NCBI GenBank assembly: GCA_963715985.1
Contig: CAVQSP010000010.1
Location: 128,001 to 192,000, forward strand
Direction: 5' to 3'
DNA length: 64,000 bases
Source of the DNA: an uncultured Thermoleophilia bacterium
Lineage (GTDB): Bacteria; Actinomycetota; Thermoleophilia; UBA2241
Part shown: in pieces, positions 38,369 through 48,339 of the stretch
Position numbering within the stretch: position 1 is the stretch's first letter
How the letters are laid out: each line of letters begins with the position of its first letter
Made by a program: the position numbers and the translations under genes
Notes under the pieces: generated by a model
The model's database searches: none
What the model saw: the letters and a program-made list of their open reading frames with translations, nothing else
What the model was told of the DNA's origin: nothing

Positions 38369-38535
38369 GCCGCGCGCCCTTCGTGCTGCGTCTCCTCGTC
38401 GGTGGCGACGCGGCCGAGTCTCGTGCTGCCGCACTGCGGGCACGTGACCACGAAGCGCCGGTCTGCGCGGGCCTCCGCGGTCACGACGAACTCCTCGTCA
38501 CACTCGCTGCATACGTACACCAGCTCGGTTCCCAC
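38365..38535 (-). CDS. 56-aa zinc-ribbon (FmdB-like) microprotein
   Basis: AAGGAG RBS; YVCSECDEEF...TCPQCGS. Confidence 0.65.
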   Translation of the reverse strand: MGTELVYVCSECDEEFVVTAEARADRRFVVTCPQCGSTRLGRVATDEETQHEGRAA

Positions 38536-39020
38536 GTCGGCTCCTTCGCGTCGGTGCTCCGTGACCGTGTTGTACAGAGCCGGTGCTTGCCGGTCGTGAG
38601 ACCACTGTGAGACGAGCGTGAGTGCCGGGCGGGCGGATCGGGCGACGGACGGGCGCACACGTAGCTGCGCCGGTGGGCGCCCCGCAGGGGGGACGGGCGG
38701 TGGCGCCCGCCGGCGCGCTCAGTGGGTGGAGACTCCGGTGGCGGGCCCGTGGGCGCCGCGCTCGGTGGAGCTCGTGCCGGGAGCCGGCCCCGGCTCGTCT
38801 TCGCCGCCGTGCGGCGCCGCGGCGCGGGCTTCCGCTATGCGCAGCTCCTCGCGGCGCTCGTCCTCGGTCAGCGCCGACACGCGGGCGCTGCGCAGGTGTT
38901 CCCGGATCCTGGTGCGATGCGTCTTCATGGCGCTTACATCGTGGGCGCGGCGTGTTAGCGTTCTGTCAGCGGTCGCTGAACGTCTGGTTACGTCTCTGAG
39001 CTCACACCGAAGGAGCACCG

Positions 39021-39305
39021 ATGGGCTGTTGTCTGATCGTAGGGGTCCTCGCCGCGTCGCCGCGCATCATCCTGCTGGGCATGTGGCTGTTCACCGACTA
39101 CCTGAGCCGCATCGGGCTGCCGTTCATCTGGGGCTTCATCGGCTGGATCTTCGTGCCGTGCACGACCATCGCCTATGCCATCGCCGAGAACTCGTTCGGC
39201 GGACTGCAGGGCTGGGGCACTGTGGTGTTCGCGGCCGGCATCATCCTCGACATCCTGCTGTACGCGAGCGGGAACAGGAGCCGGCGGGAGCGCGGCTCCA
39301 CCTGA
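39021..39305 (+). CDS. Small membrane protein
   Basis: AAGGAG RBS; MGCC...SPR...GWIFVPCTTIAY; three hydrophobic segments. Confidence 0.7.
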   Translation: MGCCLIVGVLAASPRIILLGMWLFTDYLSRIGLPFIWGFIGWIFVPCTTIAYAIAENSFGGLQGWGTVVFAAGIILDILLYASGNRSRRERGST

Positions 39306-39377
39306 GCTTCGGCGCGATCTGAGCAGCCGCACCTGGTGGCCGCGGCACCACGGCCACGTCCCGGCGGACCATCCGCG

Positions 39378-40676
39378 TCAGTCGATGGGAGGGACGGCAG
39401 CCGGCGGCTGAGGGATGCCGGGACCTCCGGCGAGAGCCGCCGCCGGCCGCAGCCGCCACACGTCCTTGACGAGCAGCACCCAGAAGGCGGCCACCAGACC
39501 GAGGCCGCCGGTGACCCAGCACATCGTCCCCACGCCGAACGCCTGGGCCAGTGGGCCGGCCAGCGCCAGCCCCGCCGGCCACAAGGCCATCGACGCCATC
39601 CAGTCCCAGGCCACCACTCGGCCCAATGACTCCTTGGGGATCTGCGTCTGCAGGGTCGAGTTCCACACCGCCACGAGGATGCCCACGCTGACCCCGCGCA
39701 GTCCGTAGACGACGCCCAGCACCCACGGGTCGCCGAAGATCACCATCGCCAGCGGCGCCGCCACCGCGGTGGCGCCGGTCAGCGACACGGTGATCATCGG
39801 CCGCTTGGGCCGGTAGCGCAGGGCGATGAGGGCGCCGCCGATCATGCCGGCGCTGAACACGGCCTGGAGCCATCCCCAGGCCGCCGCGCCGTAGCCCTCC
39901 TCGCGCAGCCCGAGCGGGCCGAGGATCTGGAACGGCGCGATCACGATGCACAGGACGAGGCACACGCGCAGCAGCATCACCCACAACCAGGTGCGCGACT
40001 TGACCTCGCGCCAGCCGGCGCGGAGCTCCGCGAAGAACCCCAGGACGGCCTCGGTCTTGACCACGGCCGGCACGCGCAGGGTCGCCAGAAAGGCCGCGCT
40101 GACCAGGAAGGTGACGCCGTCGACGGCGATGGCGCCGCCGGCGCCGATGAGGGCCACGAGGGTGCCGGCGATGGCCGGTCCCACCATCCAGCCGAAGTTG
40201 TCGCTCATGCCCATCAGGGCGTTGGCCTCCTGCAGTCTCGCGGCGGGCACGATCTGCGGCAGGATGGCGCCGGCCGCCGGACGGAAGAAGGCCTCCGCCG
40301 CGCCGTGAACCGCGGCGAGGGCGGCGAGCTGCCAGATCTGCGCCGTGCCGGTGAGCAGCAGCACGGCGCCGGTGATCTGCACTGCCGCGCGGATGAGGTC
40401 GCTGGCCATCATGAGCGCGGCGCGCGGCAGCCTGTCGGCCCACACGCCGCCGACCAGCGCCAGCGCTACCAGCGGCAGGCTCTGCGCGGCGAGCACCAGG
40501 CCGAGGTCGGTGCCCGAGCCGGTAAGATCGAGGACGGCGAAGGTGAGCGCCACCGGCGTGATGCCGTCGCCGAACACGGAGACGCTCTGCGCGAGAAAGA
40601 CGTTGCGGAACTCACGCCGGTGGAGCAGCCCGGCGCCCTCGCGCAGGCGTCCGGGGATGAGGCGCGAGAGACCCAT
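39378..40676 (-). CDS. MFS transporter (DHA3-like)
   Basis: FR..FLAQSVS.FGD, GGVWADRLPR, about 12 hydrophobic segments. Confidence 0.88.
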   Translation of the reverse strand: MGLSRLIPGRLREGAGLLHRREFRNVFLAQSVSVFGDGITPVALTFAVLDLTGSGTDLGLVLAAQSLPLVALALVGGVWADRLPRAALMMASDLIRAAVQITGAVLLLTGTAQIWQLAALAAVHGAAEAFFRPAAGAILPQIVPAARLQEANALMGMSDNFGWMVGPAIAGTLVALIGAGGAIAVDGVTFLVSAAFLATLRVPAVVKTEAVLGFFAELRAGWREVKSRTWLWVMLLRVCLVLCIVIAPFQILGPLGLREEGYGAAAWGWLQAVFSAGMIGGALIALRYRPKRPMITVSLTGATAVAAPLAMVIFGDPWVLGVVYGLRGVSVGILVAVWNSTLQTQIPKESLGRVVAWDWMASMALWPAGLALAGPLAQAFGVGTMCWVTGGLGLVAAFWVLLVKDVWRLRPAAALAGGPGIPQPPAAVPPID

Positions 40677-40681
40677 GGCAT

Positions 40682-40798
40682 CGAGTCTACAAGGCGTGGG
40701 GTCCCTCGCGCCGCCGCCTGCTCTGCCTCGAGCCTCCGAGGCGGGGGTCCTGCGCGAGTCTACAAGGCGTGGGGTCCCTCGCGCCGCCGCCCTGCTCT
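40682..40798. repeat. Direct repeat (37 bp exact, about 43 bp near-exact; period 73) duplicating the MFS promoter
   Basis: CGAGTCTACAAGGCGTGGGGTCCCTCGCGCCGCCGCC at 40682 and 40755; each copy carries a minus-strand TAGACT. Confidence 0.85.
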
Positions 40799-41562
40799 CA
40801 GCTCGACAGCTTGGTGGCTCCCCGCGCTGCCCAGAGCGCCATGATGCCGGTCACGGTGGCGAAGCCGAACGTCACCGCGAAGCCGACGGCCAGCGACGAG
40901 CCGCTCCAGCCCACATTGATCAGCGAGCGCATCGAGTCGAACACGTAGGTGGTCGGGTTGATGGTGGCCGCCACCTTGAGCCAGCCGGCGGTGACGTACT
41001 CCTTGGGCACGAACGTGTAGCTCAGGAAGATGAGCGGGAAGAAGGCGAAGGTCGCCGCCTGGGCCGCCGCCGCGTTCTTCGTCTTCAGCGCCATGAACGC
41101 CGCGTAGCCGGCGAACGCCATGCCCCAGAGGAACGCGAGCACGACGACCAGCAGGAAGCCCACGGGGCCGGTGGCGACCTTGAGCCCCATGGCCAGGGCG
41201 AGCAGCATCACGAGGACCACCTGCGCCGTGAGGATGATGGCGCTGGCCACCATCGGACCCCAGATGACGGCGAGGCGCCGCGTGGGCGTGAGCAGCAGCT
41301 TGGTGAAGTAGCCGTTGTCGATGTCCTTGATGAGCGTCTGGCCGGCGAGGCCGGCGCCGCCGACCGCCGCGGACACGATGCTCACCGGCAGGATGAAGCC
41401 GAGGTAGGTGCCGACGAACCCCGGCAGCTGCGCCACGCTGTTCAGGCCGCTGTTGTACACGAAGAGGAAGAACACGCTGATGGCGATGTTGGGGATGATG
41501 GTCGCCGGCTGCCGCAGGGCGTTGCGCAGGGAGCGCCCGATGAGGATGACGAAGTCGTTCAT
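40798..41562 (-). CDS. ABC-2 type permease
   Basis: DIDNGYFTKLLLTP, FFPLIFLS..FVP, INPTTY. Confidence 0.88.
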   Translation of the reverse strand: MNDFVILIGRSLRNALRQPATIIPNIAISVFFLFVYNSGLNSVAQLPGFVGTYLGFILPVSIVSAAVGGAGLAGQTLIKDIDNGYFTKLLLTPTRRLAVIWGPMVASAIILTAQVVLVMLLALAMGLKVATGPVGFLLVVVLAFLWGMAFAGYAAFMALKTKNAAAAQAATFAFFPLIFLSYTFVPKEYVTAGWLKVAATINPTTYVFDSMRSLINVGWSGSSLAVGFAVTFGFATVTGIMALWAARGATKLSS

Positions 41563-42659
41563 GACGGTGCCTCCTCGTCTGCTGGTGGAACGGGCCTGAC
41601 GCCTCCGGTGGCGTTGGGCGCGTCCTCGATGACGGCGGCGACGAACGCCGCCTCCGCCGCGGCCTTCGCGCCGCCTTCCGCGTCGCCCGCCTCGTCGACC
41701 TCGTGCTCGAGCGCCTCGCCGGTGACTCTGAGGAAGACGTCGTCGAGGCTCGGCTGTTCGATGTTCAGGCCCTGGAGCCTGATGTCTGCGCCGTCCAGGG
41801 CCCGCACCAGCTCCGGCACGTTCTCTGCCGCGCGCCCGAAGTACAGGCGCAGCTCGCGGTTGGCGGCCTGCCGGTTGGGAGCCACCGGCGCGAGCACGTC
41901 GTAGGCGCGCGCCGCGTCCTCGCAGGAGCCGAACTGCAGCTCCACGACCTCCTCGCCGACCTCGCGCTTGAGCTCCGCCGGCGTGCCCTGGGCGACGATG
42001 CGGCCCTTGTTGATGATGGCGACCTCGTCGGCCAGGCGATCGGCCTCCTCGAGGTACTGCGTGGTGAGGAAGATGGTCATGCCGAGCTCGTCGTTGAGGC
42101 GGCGCACCTCCTCCCAGATCGCCGCCCGGCTGGCCGGGTCCAGACCGGTGGTGGGCTCGTCGAGAAAGAGGATGCGGGGGTCGTGGACCAGGGCGAGCGC
42201 CAGGTCGAGGCGGCGCTTCATGCCGCCCGAGTACGAGCCCGACCGCTTGGCGGGGTCGACGTCGTCCAGTCCAACGAGGGCGAGCAGGCGTTCCGCCGTC
42301 TTCTTGCCCTCATCGCGCGGCGTGCCGAACAGCTGCGACTGCAGCAGGAGCAGCTCGCGCGCCGTCATCAGCGGGTCCAGGCCGACGTCCTGCAGCGCCA
42401 CGCCGATGGCCTTGCGCACCTTGCCGCCCTGCCGCTGCACGTCGTAGCCGGCCACGGTGGCGCGGCCGGCAGTGGGGTTCAGGATGGTGGTGAGGATCTT
42501 CACCAGGGTCGACTTGCCCGCGCCGTTCGGCCCCAGAAAGCCGAAGATGCGGCCGCCGGGGATCTCGAGGTCCACGCCGTCCACGGCGTGCAGCTTGCCG
42601 AAGTCCCGGCGCAGAGCCTGCGCGCTGATACTGCGGTCTTCGCCGTTGTGGTCGCTCAT
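41559..42659 (-). CDS. ABC ATP-binding protein (DrrA-like)
   Basis: GPNGAGKST, YSGGMKRR, LFLDEPT, TTQYLEEAD. Confidence 0.92.
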   Translation of the reverse strand: MSDHNGEDRSISAQALRRDFGKLHAVDGVDLEIPGGRIFGFLGPNGAGKSTLVKILTTILNPTAGRATVAGYDVQRQGGKVRKAIGVALQDVGLDPLMTARELLLLQSQLFGTPRDEGKKTAERLLALVGLDDVDPAKRSGSYSGGMKRRLDLALALVHDPRILFLDEPTTGLDPASRAAIWEEVRRLNDELGMTIFLTTQYLEEADRLADEVAIINKGRIVAQGTPAELKREVGEEVVELQFGSCEDAARAYDVLAPVAPNRQAANRELRLYFGRAAENVPELVRALDGADIRLQGLNIEQPSLDDVFLRVTGEALEHEVDEAGDAEGGAKAAAEAAFVAAVIEDAPNATGGVRPVPPADEEAPS

Positions 42660-42690
42660 CGGGGCTCCTCCATTTGCGCGCGCAACAAAT

Positions 42691-42706
42691 TGTGAACGTG
42701 TTCACG
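42691..42706. promoter_or_regulatory. Rex-like palindromic operator
   Basis: TGTGAACGTGTTCACG against the actinobacterial consensus TGTGAACNNGTTCACA, one mismatch. Confidence 0.5.
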
Positions 42707-42809
42707 TGTTCCCCGACCGCGCGCGGGTCAATCCCGTGGCACGGTCGCCATCGGGTGATGCCCGTGGGACTGCCGGGTAGAACCCCGGCAACGATCGAGG
42801 AGGCGGACC

Positions 42810-44180
42810 ATGCCTGTGTTCGAGACGCGCGCTACCATGCCCGTCCCCGTGGACGAGCTGTTCGCGTACCATGCCCGACCGGGCGCGTTTGAACGGCTCG
42901 CTCCGCCGTGGCAGAAGCTGCGCGTCGTCGAGCAGACCGGCGGCATGGAGGACGGCGGCCGGGTGGCGTTCGACGTGTACGCCGGGCCGCTCAAGAAGCG
43001 CTGGGTCGCCGAGATGTCCGGGTTCGAGCCGGGCCGGCAGTTCGTGGACACACAGGTCTCCGGCCCGTTCTCCTCGTGGCGGCACACGCACCGCTTCCTG
43101 CCGGTCGACGAGACGACCAGCGAGCTCATCGACCACGTGGAGTACAGCCTGCCGGCCGGCGGGCTCACCGACTGGCTCGGTGAAGGGCCGGCCGGCAAGC
43201 AGATCGCGCGCCTCTTCGCCTTCCGCCAGGCGCGCACACGCATGGACCTCGAGCGTCACGCGCGGTGGTCCGGCGAGCCGCGCCTGCGCGTGGCCATCGC
43301 CGGCGCCAGCGGGTTCCTGGCCTCGAGCCTGGCCGTGTACCTCACGACCGCCGGCCACGACGTCGTCAAGCTCGTGCGCCGCGAGGCGGCCGGCCCGGCC
43401 GAGATCTCGTGGGACCCGGCCGCGGGTCGCCTCGACCCCGGCGCACTGGCCGGCGTGGACGCCGTGGTGAACCTGGCCGGCGCGACCATCGCGTCCTTGT
43501 GGACGGCCTCGCGTCGCGCCGCCATCATGGACAGCCGGGTGCAGGCCACCGAGACGCTCGTAGCTGCGATGTCCCGCATGGAGGCACCGCCCCGCGTGCT
43601 GGTCTCGGCCTCGGCCGTGGGCGCCTACGGTTCGCGCGGCGGCGTAGCACTCACGGAGGAGAGCGACCTCGGCGACGGCTTCCTGGCCGACGTCTGCCGC
43701 GCCTGGGAAGCGGCGGCGATGAAGGCCGCGGAGTCCGGCGTACGCGTGGTCACTCCTCGCTTCGGCATCGTCGTGAGCGCCTCGGCAGGGGCCGTGGCCA
43801 AGATGCTGCCCGCCTTCAGGGCCGGGCTCGGCACGCGACTCGGCGACGGCACCCAGTGGTGGAGCTGGGTCGACCTCGACGACGTGCTTGCGGCGCTCGA
43901 GTGGGCGCTGCACGACGGCGAGCTCGCCGCTGCGGTCAACGTCACGTCACCGGAGCCGGTGACCAACCTCGAGTTCACCAAGGTCCTCGGTCACGTGCTG
44001 CACCGCCCCGCGGTGCTGGCCGCGCCCGGCGCCGCCGTGTCGCGCGGCCTCGGCGGCATGGGACGGGAGATGTTCCTGGCCAGCCAGCGCGCGGTACCGA
44101 TGCGCCTCAACCAGCGCGGCTTCCGCTTCGCCTTCCCCGAGCTCGAGCCGGCGCTTCGGTACGAGCTCGGGCGTCCGTAG
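42810..44180 (+). CDS. TIGR01777-family oxidoreductase with N-terminal SRPBCC domain
   Basis: FAYHARPGAFERL.PPW, GPF..W.H.H.F; IAGASGFL, VVNLAGA, SASAVGAYG, LGDGTQWWSWV. Confidence 0.88.
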   Translation: MPVFETRATMPVPVDELFAYHARPGAFERLAPPWQKLRVVEQTGGMEDGGRVAFDVYAGPLKKRWVAEMSGFEPGRQFVDTQVSGPFSSWRHTHRFLPVDETTSELIDHVEYSLPAGGLTDWLGEGPAGKQIARLFAFRQARTRMDLERHARWSGEPRLRVAIAGASGFLASSLAVYLTTAGHDVVKLVRREAAGPAEISWDPAAGRLDPGALAGVDAVVNLAGATIASLWTASRRAAIMDSRVQATETLVAAMSRMEAPPRVLVSASAVGAYGSRGGVALTEESDLGDGFLADVCRAWEAAAMKAAESGVRVVTPRFGIVVSASAGAVAKMLPAFRAGLGTRLGDGTQWWSWVDLDDVLAALEWALHDGELAAAVNVTSPEPVTNLEFTKVLGHVLHRPAVLAAPGAAVSRGLGGMGREMFLASQRAVPMRLNQRGFRFAFPELEPALRYELGRP

Positions 44181-44257
44181 GCCGAGCGGCCGGGAGGTCG
44201 CGGTGTGCCGGGCCGGGCGTCCGGTGGACTCCCCGCCCGCCCATCCGCCGGCCCGCG

Positions 44258-44894
44258 TCAATACGCGATGGCCACCGCATGCCCGATGTCGTCACCCAGA
44301 ACGAGCTGGTCGAGCATGAACTCGGCCACGTCGGCGCGTGCGATGCGCCGCCCGCCGGGTATCGAGAAGCCGGGCTCCACGCGGTACTCGCCGCGGGGCG
44401 GGCCGTCCGTGAGCCCGCCGGAGGCCCGTACGATGGTCCAGTCGAGCTGGCTCTGACGGACCGTGGTCTCCATGCGCCGCAGGTCGGCGTAGGCGGCGCG
44501 CAAGAAGAGGGGCTTGACCACAAGCTCGTGCACCCACGGCAGGTTGGGGTCGCGACCCGGCTGGGTGCCTCCCGCCGAGAGGACGACCAGGCGGCGCACG
44601 CCGTAGCGCTGCATGGAGCGGACCGCGTTGAGGGTGCCCAGCGAGTTCACCGGCGGGTCGCTCTTCTTCATCGCCACGCCAAGCGCGACCAGAACAGCGT
44701 CCTGCCCGTCGACGGCGTCGCTCACCACACCGCCGTCGAGGACGTCGCCGCGGACCACGCGCACTGCTGGCGGCAAGCGTGCCCAGCCGGTCGGGGGCGC
44801 GGACCAGCGCGGTCACCGTGTGACCGCGCTCCACCGCGCCCGCCGCCAGCAGCCGGCCCGTGCGGCCGGTGGCTCCGATGACGAGGACGTTCAT
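44258..44894 (-). CDS. NAD(P)H-binding flavin/biliverdin reductase-like protein, frameshift near 44775
   Basis: VLVIGATGRTG...GHTVTALVR / RGDVLD...DWTIVR...IARADVA. Confidence 0.8.
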
Positions 44895-44945
44895 GGCAGT
44901 CGATGCTACCAGCCGGCGACCCCGCGCAGCGCCCGCGCCCGTCCA

Positions 44946-45659
44946 CTAGGCGCTCGCCAGCAGGTCGAGATAGGTGGCGGAGTCGAAGCCGCGGAGGACC
45001 TTCTTGGCCTCCACCAGCCAATCGCCTGCCGATGCGATCTGGCCGGGGTCACGGGTGTTGGGATAGGCGCCCAAGGCGAAGAGTGCCGCGCCCATGGAGT
45101 CGCGCTGTTCGTCGAGCATCGTCATCTTGCCTTGGTACGCCGAGTCGTGGAACACGCTCCAGTCGGGCGGCTGTTCGAAGACGGTGGTGTCGAAGCCGAT
45201 CCCGGTGGTGCCGGTCGCCCATGGCACGCTGAAGCGGTTGCCGGGGTCGAACGGCTCCGCACGGAACGCAGGGGCGAGGTTGTCCAGGCTGGTCACGATC
45301 GCCCGGTCGAGAAGCTGGAGCTGGTCGAGCTGGCGCAGACGCTCCAGCAGGTACTCGGAGGGGACGATGAGGTCGAACGTCGTCGCCTTACGCCCCTTGC
45401 GCCGCTTGACCTCCGCCAGCGCCAGGCGATCGGCCAGTTCATCGTTCGACGCGTAGGTCTCGTAGGTGACCTGCAGCCCGGTCTGATCGGTGAAATCGGT
45501 GAGGATGGTGGGGTCGATATAGTCCTGCCAGTTGAGGAAGTCGATGCGGCTCGCATCGGGGTTGCCGCAGGCCGCGAGCAGTGGCGAGAGCCACAGCGCC
45601 GCGCCGCCGACCACCCCCAGCTCGAGGAGTCGCCTGCGCGTGATCCGCGACCCGTCCAT
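44946..45659 (-). pseudogene. PotD/PotF polyamine-binding lipoprotein, C-terminally truncated
   Basis: Tat/lipobox TRRRLL...LAACG, NWQDYIDP, SVPWATGTTGI; ends at 237 aa just after FDS.TY..LL. Confidence 0.7.
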
Positions 45660-45662
45660 GGC

Positions 45663-46172
45663 CTAGGTCACCACCATGACCGGTACGCTCGCGTGCCGGG
45701 AGACTTTGTCCGCCACACCGCCGGCCATGACCCGGCGCAGCTTGTCGACCCCACTTCCGACCTCATGGCTCAGGCCCTGCCGGCCCATGATGATGAGGTC
45801 GGCCTCCTCCTCCTCGGCGATCTGGAGGATGCCCTCCGCCACATCTCCGCGGATCACGACGCCTCTCGCCCGCACGCCCTTCTCGTGCAGGAGCTGGACC
45901 GATTCCTCCGCAAGGCTCTGCGCCTCTTCGCGAAGACCCGCCTTCACGTCCTCGACGAACGCCGCGCCGCGTCCGCGCATGGTGAGGGGCGGGTCGAAAG
46001 CCACCACCACCACGACCTCGGCGTCGCAGTCGCGGGCCGACAACACGGACCAGGCGAGCGCACGCTCCGCGGAGTGCGAGCCGTCGAACGGCACCAGGAT
46101 CCGGCCGGGAGGCGGCACGTCGGGAATGACGACCGGAGCGTCCCAGTCGTCGGGACGCGCGTACTGTGTCAT
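45663..46172 (-). CDS. Universal stress protein
   Basis: ILVPFDGS.SAERAL...DLIIMG..G...GGVADKV.RHA.VPV.VV. Confidence 0.9.
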   Translation of the reverse strand: MTQYARPDDWDAPVVIPDVPPPGRILVPFDGSHSAERALAWSVLSARDCDAEVVVVVAFDPPLTMRGRGAAFVEDVKAGLREEAQSLAEESVQLLHEKGVRARGVVIRGDVAEGILQIAEEEEADLIIMGRQGLSHEVGSGVDKLRRVMAGGVADKVSRHASVPVMVVT

Positions 46173-47478
46173 GGCGATCCCTCCTCCGTGGCCGGCCCCG
46201 AGAGCCGCTCCGGGCCGTTGCGGCCGATGTCGCGCAATGCACTCGTCTCGAAATCGAAGACCTTGTCGATGCCGCGCCGGCGCTTCGAAGGGCGCAGCAC
46301 GTAGTACATGATGGGCCCCGTCGCCAGGCCGATGGCGGCCCAGCCGATGCCCTGCACGGCGCCTACGTCGAGCACCTGGAAGTACACCGCGGCCGCGATC
46401 ACGAGCGCCGGGAAGAGAGTCACCAGCCCGACGCCGACCCATCCTCCGGGGATCCGGAACGGCCGCGAGATGTCGGGGCGTGTCTTCCGGAGCACGATCA
46501 GTGAAGCGAATTCGAGCAGAAGCGCACAGGCGTAGATGGTGACGTCGATCGCCACGAGGCTGCCGAAGGCGGACAGCACGAGGACCGTGCAGATCGAAGC
46601 CTGGATGATGATGGCCCGGGACGGCGTGCGAAAGCGGGGATGGAGTCTCGTGAGCCACGGGGAGAGGTAGCCGTCCTCGGCCAGTGAGAACGGGATGCGA
46701 CTGTATTGGAGCAGCCACGCGGAGTAGAGGCCGATGGCGGAGATCATCGCGGTGATCGTCATCACCGTGCCGAGCCATGGACCGCCGACCTCGGCGGCGA
46801 TCACGTTGTACGCGCCGGCCGTCCAGTCGACGTTGGTGGTGCCCACGACGGCCAGGCACACGAGCGTCGGGATGAGGTAGATCAGGGTGATGACGGGCAG
46901 CGTGATGGCCAGCGCTCGCGGGTAGTCGCGCCGCGGATCGCGGATCTCGCCCATGACCGTCGAGAGGCCGTCCCAGCCCATGTAGTTCCACATGACGACG
47001 AACAGACCAGCGCCGAACGCCGTGGGCACGCTCAGTCCCTCGAACGTGAACGGCACGAAGGGGTTGTACTGCATCTTGAAGAGTCCGAGGACCGTCACGA
47101 TGACGAACGGCAGCAGCACGATCACGAGGAAGAGCTTGGAGGAGTCACGGACCACGGTCGCTCCGCGGATGTTGACGTAGGCGAACACCCAGACGAGCGC
47201 CACGGCCACCAGCGAGCGGATGAGCTGGTTCTCCTGAAGCACCGGGAAGAAGTACGCGGAGTAGTCGACGAACAGTACCGGGTAGAGCGCCAGGTCGACG
47301 ATGCCTGTGACCCACATCCACCAGGTGAGGTTGAAGCCCCAGAACGGCCCGAGCGCGCTCTTGCCCCAGTGGTAGTACCCGCCCTCCGCCGGGATCGCCG
47401 TCGCCAGCTCGGCGACCATGAGCGCCGTGGGCAGGCTCCAGATGATCGGCGCGATCATGATGAGCAGCAGCAGGGCGG
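46169..47478 (-). pseudogene. APC-family (polyamine/amino acid) permease, N-terminally truncated
   Basis: WSLPTALMVAELATAIP.EGGYY.W, WNYMGWD, GEI.DP.R.YP; TM1 region absent. Confidence 0.7.
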
Positions 47479-47536
47479 GCGACGCATCAACGGGGCCGGC
47501 GCATCGTGGCGCGCAGAGGGACGGTATCATCGGGTC

Positions 47537-48224
47537 ATGAGCATCGACCTCTCCGGCAAGGTCGTCCTGGTCACCGGGGCGAGCATGGGCATCGGCCGCG
47601 AGACCGCGCTGCAGTTCGCCGCGGCCGGCAGCCTGCTGGCGCTGACGTACTTCGAGCACCGCGACGAGATCGAGGAGGTCGCCGAGCTGTGCCGCACGCT
47701 CGGCTCGCCCGATGTGTTCACGGCCTCGCTGCAGCTCGCCGACGACGACAGCATCCGCACGCTGTTGGAGAAGGTCGTCGCCCACTTCGCCGCCGTGGAC
47801 GTCCTCGTGCACAACGCCGGCGTCATCGACTGGCGCCGGTTCCTCGGACCAGGACTTCGGCGCCATCGAGGGCCAGCTGGCGGTGAACCTCGAGGGCACG
47901 ATGAAGCTCACCTGGGTGTTCCTGCCGATGGTCAGGGACACCATGATCGCCATCGGCAGCACGGCGACCCTGCACGACTCGCGCACGCCGCCCACGTACT
48001 GCGCCACCAAGTGGGGTCTGCGCGGCTTCTTCAAAGCGCTGGCGCTCGAGCGCCCGGGCAAGCGCTTCGTCCTCGTACACCCTACGGGCACGGCGACGCG
48101 CATGAACGAGATGCAGGGCATGCCGCCGGAGCGCGTCGCCGACGTGGTGGTGCGGATCGCCGCCGGGGACATCCCGGTGGCGTCGGGCGGCGACGTGGAC
48201 ATGCGGGACTACATCGAGGGCTGA
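47537..48224 (+). CDS. SDR oxidoreductase, frameshift near 47845
   Basis: VLVTGASMGIG, HNAG / VNL.G...YCATK. Confidence 0.82.
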
Positions 48225-48271
48225 GGAGGGAGCGGGCGGGCGCTGTCGCGCCCGCCCACGTGATGCGAGGA

Positions 48272-48303
48272 GGGGCCGGGGCGGCTTGCGCCGCCCCGGC
48301 CCC
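48272..48303. terminator. GC-rich hairpin between convergent genes
   Basis: GGGGCCGGGGCGGC-TTGC-GCCGCCCCGGCCCC, perfect 14-bp stem. Confidence 0.6.
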
Positions 48304-48339
48304 GTCGCATGGAGGCCCGGCTCCCAGGAGTAAGAGCCG

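Noticed and set aside
40682-40798. Possible mini CRISPR array (37-bp repeat, 36-bp spacer)
   Set aside because: There are only two units, similarity extends into the supposed spacer, no cas genes are present, and each unit contains a -10 element. A promoter duplication explains it better.
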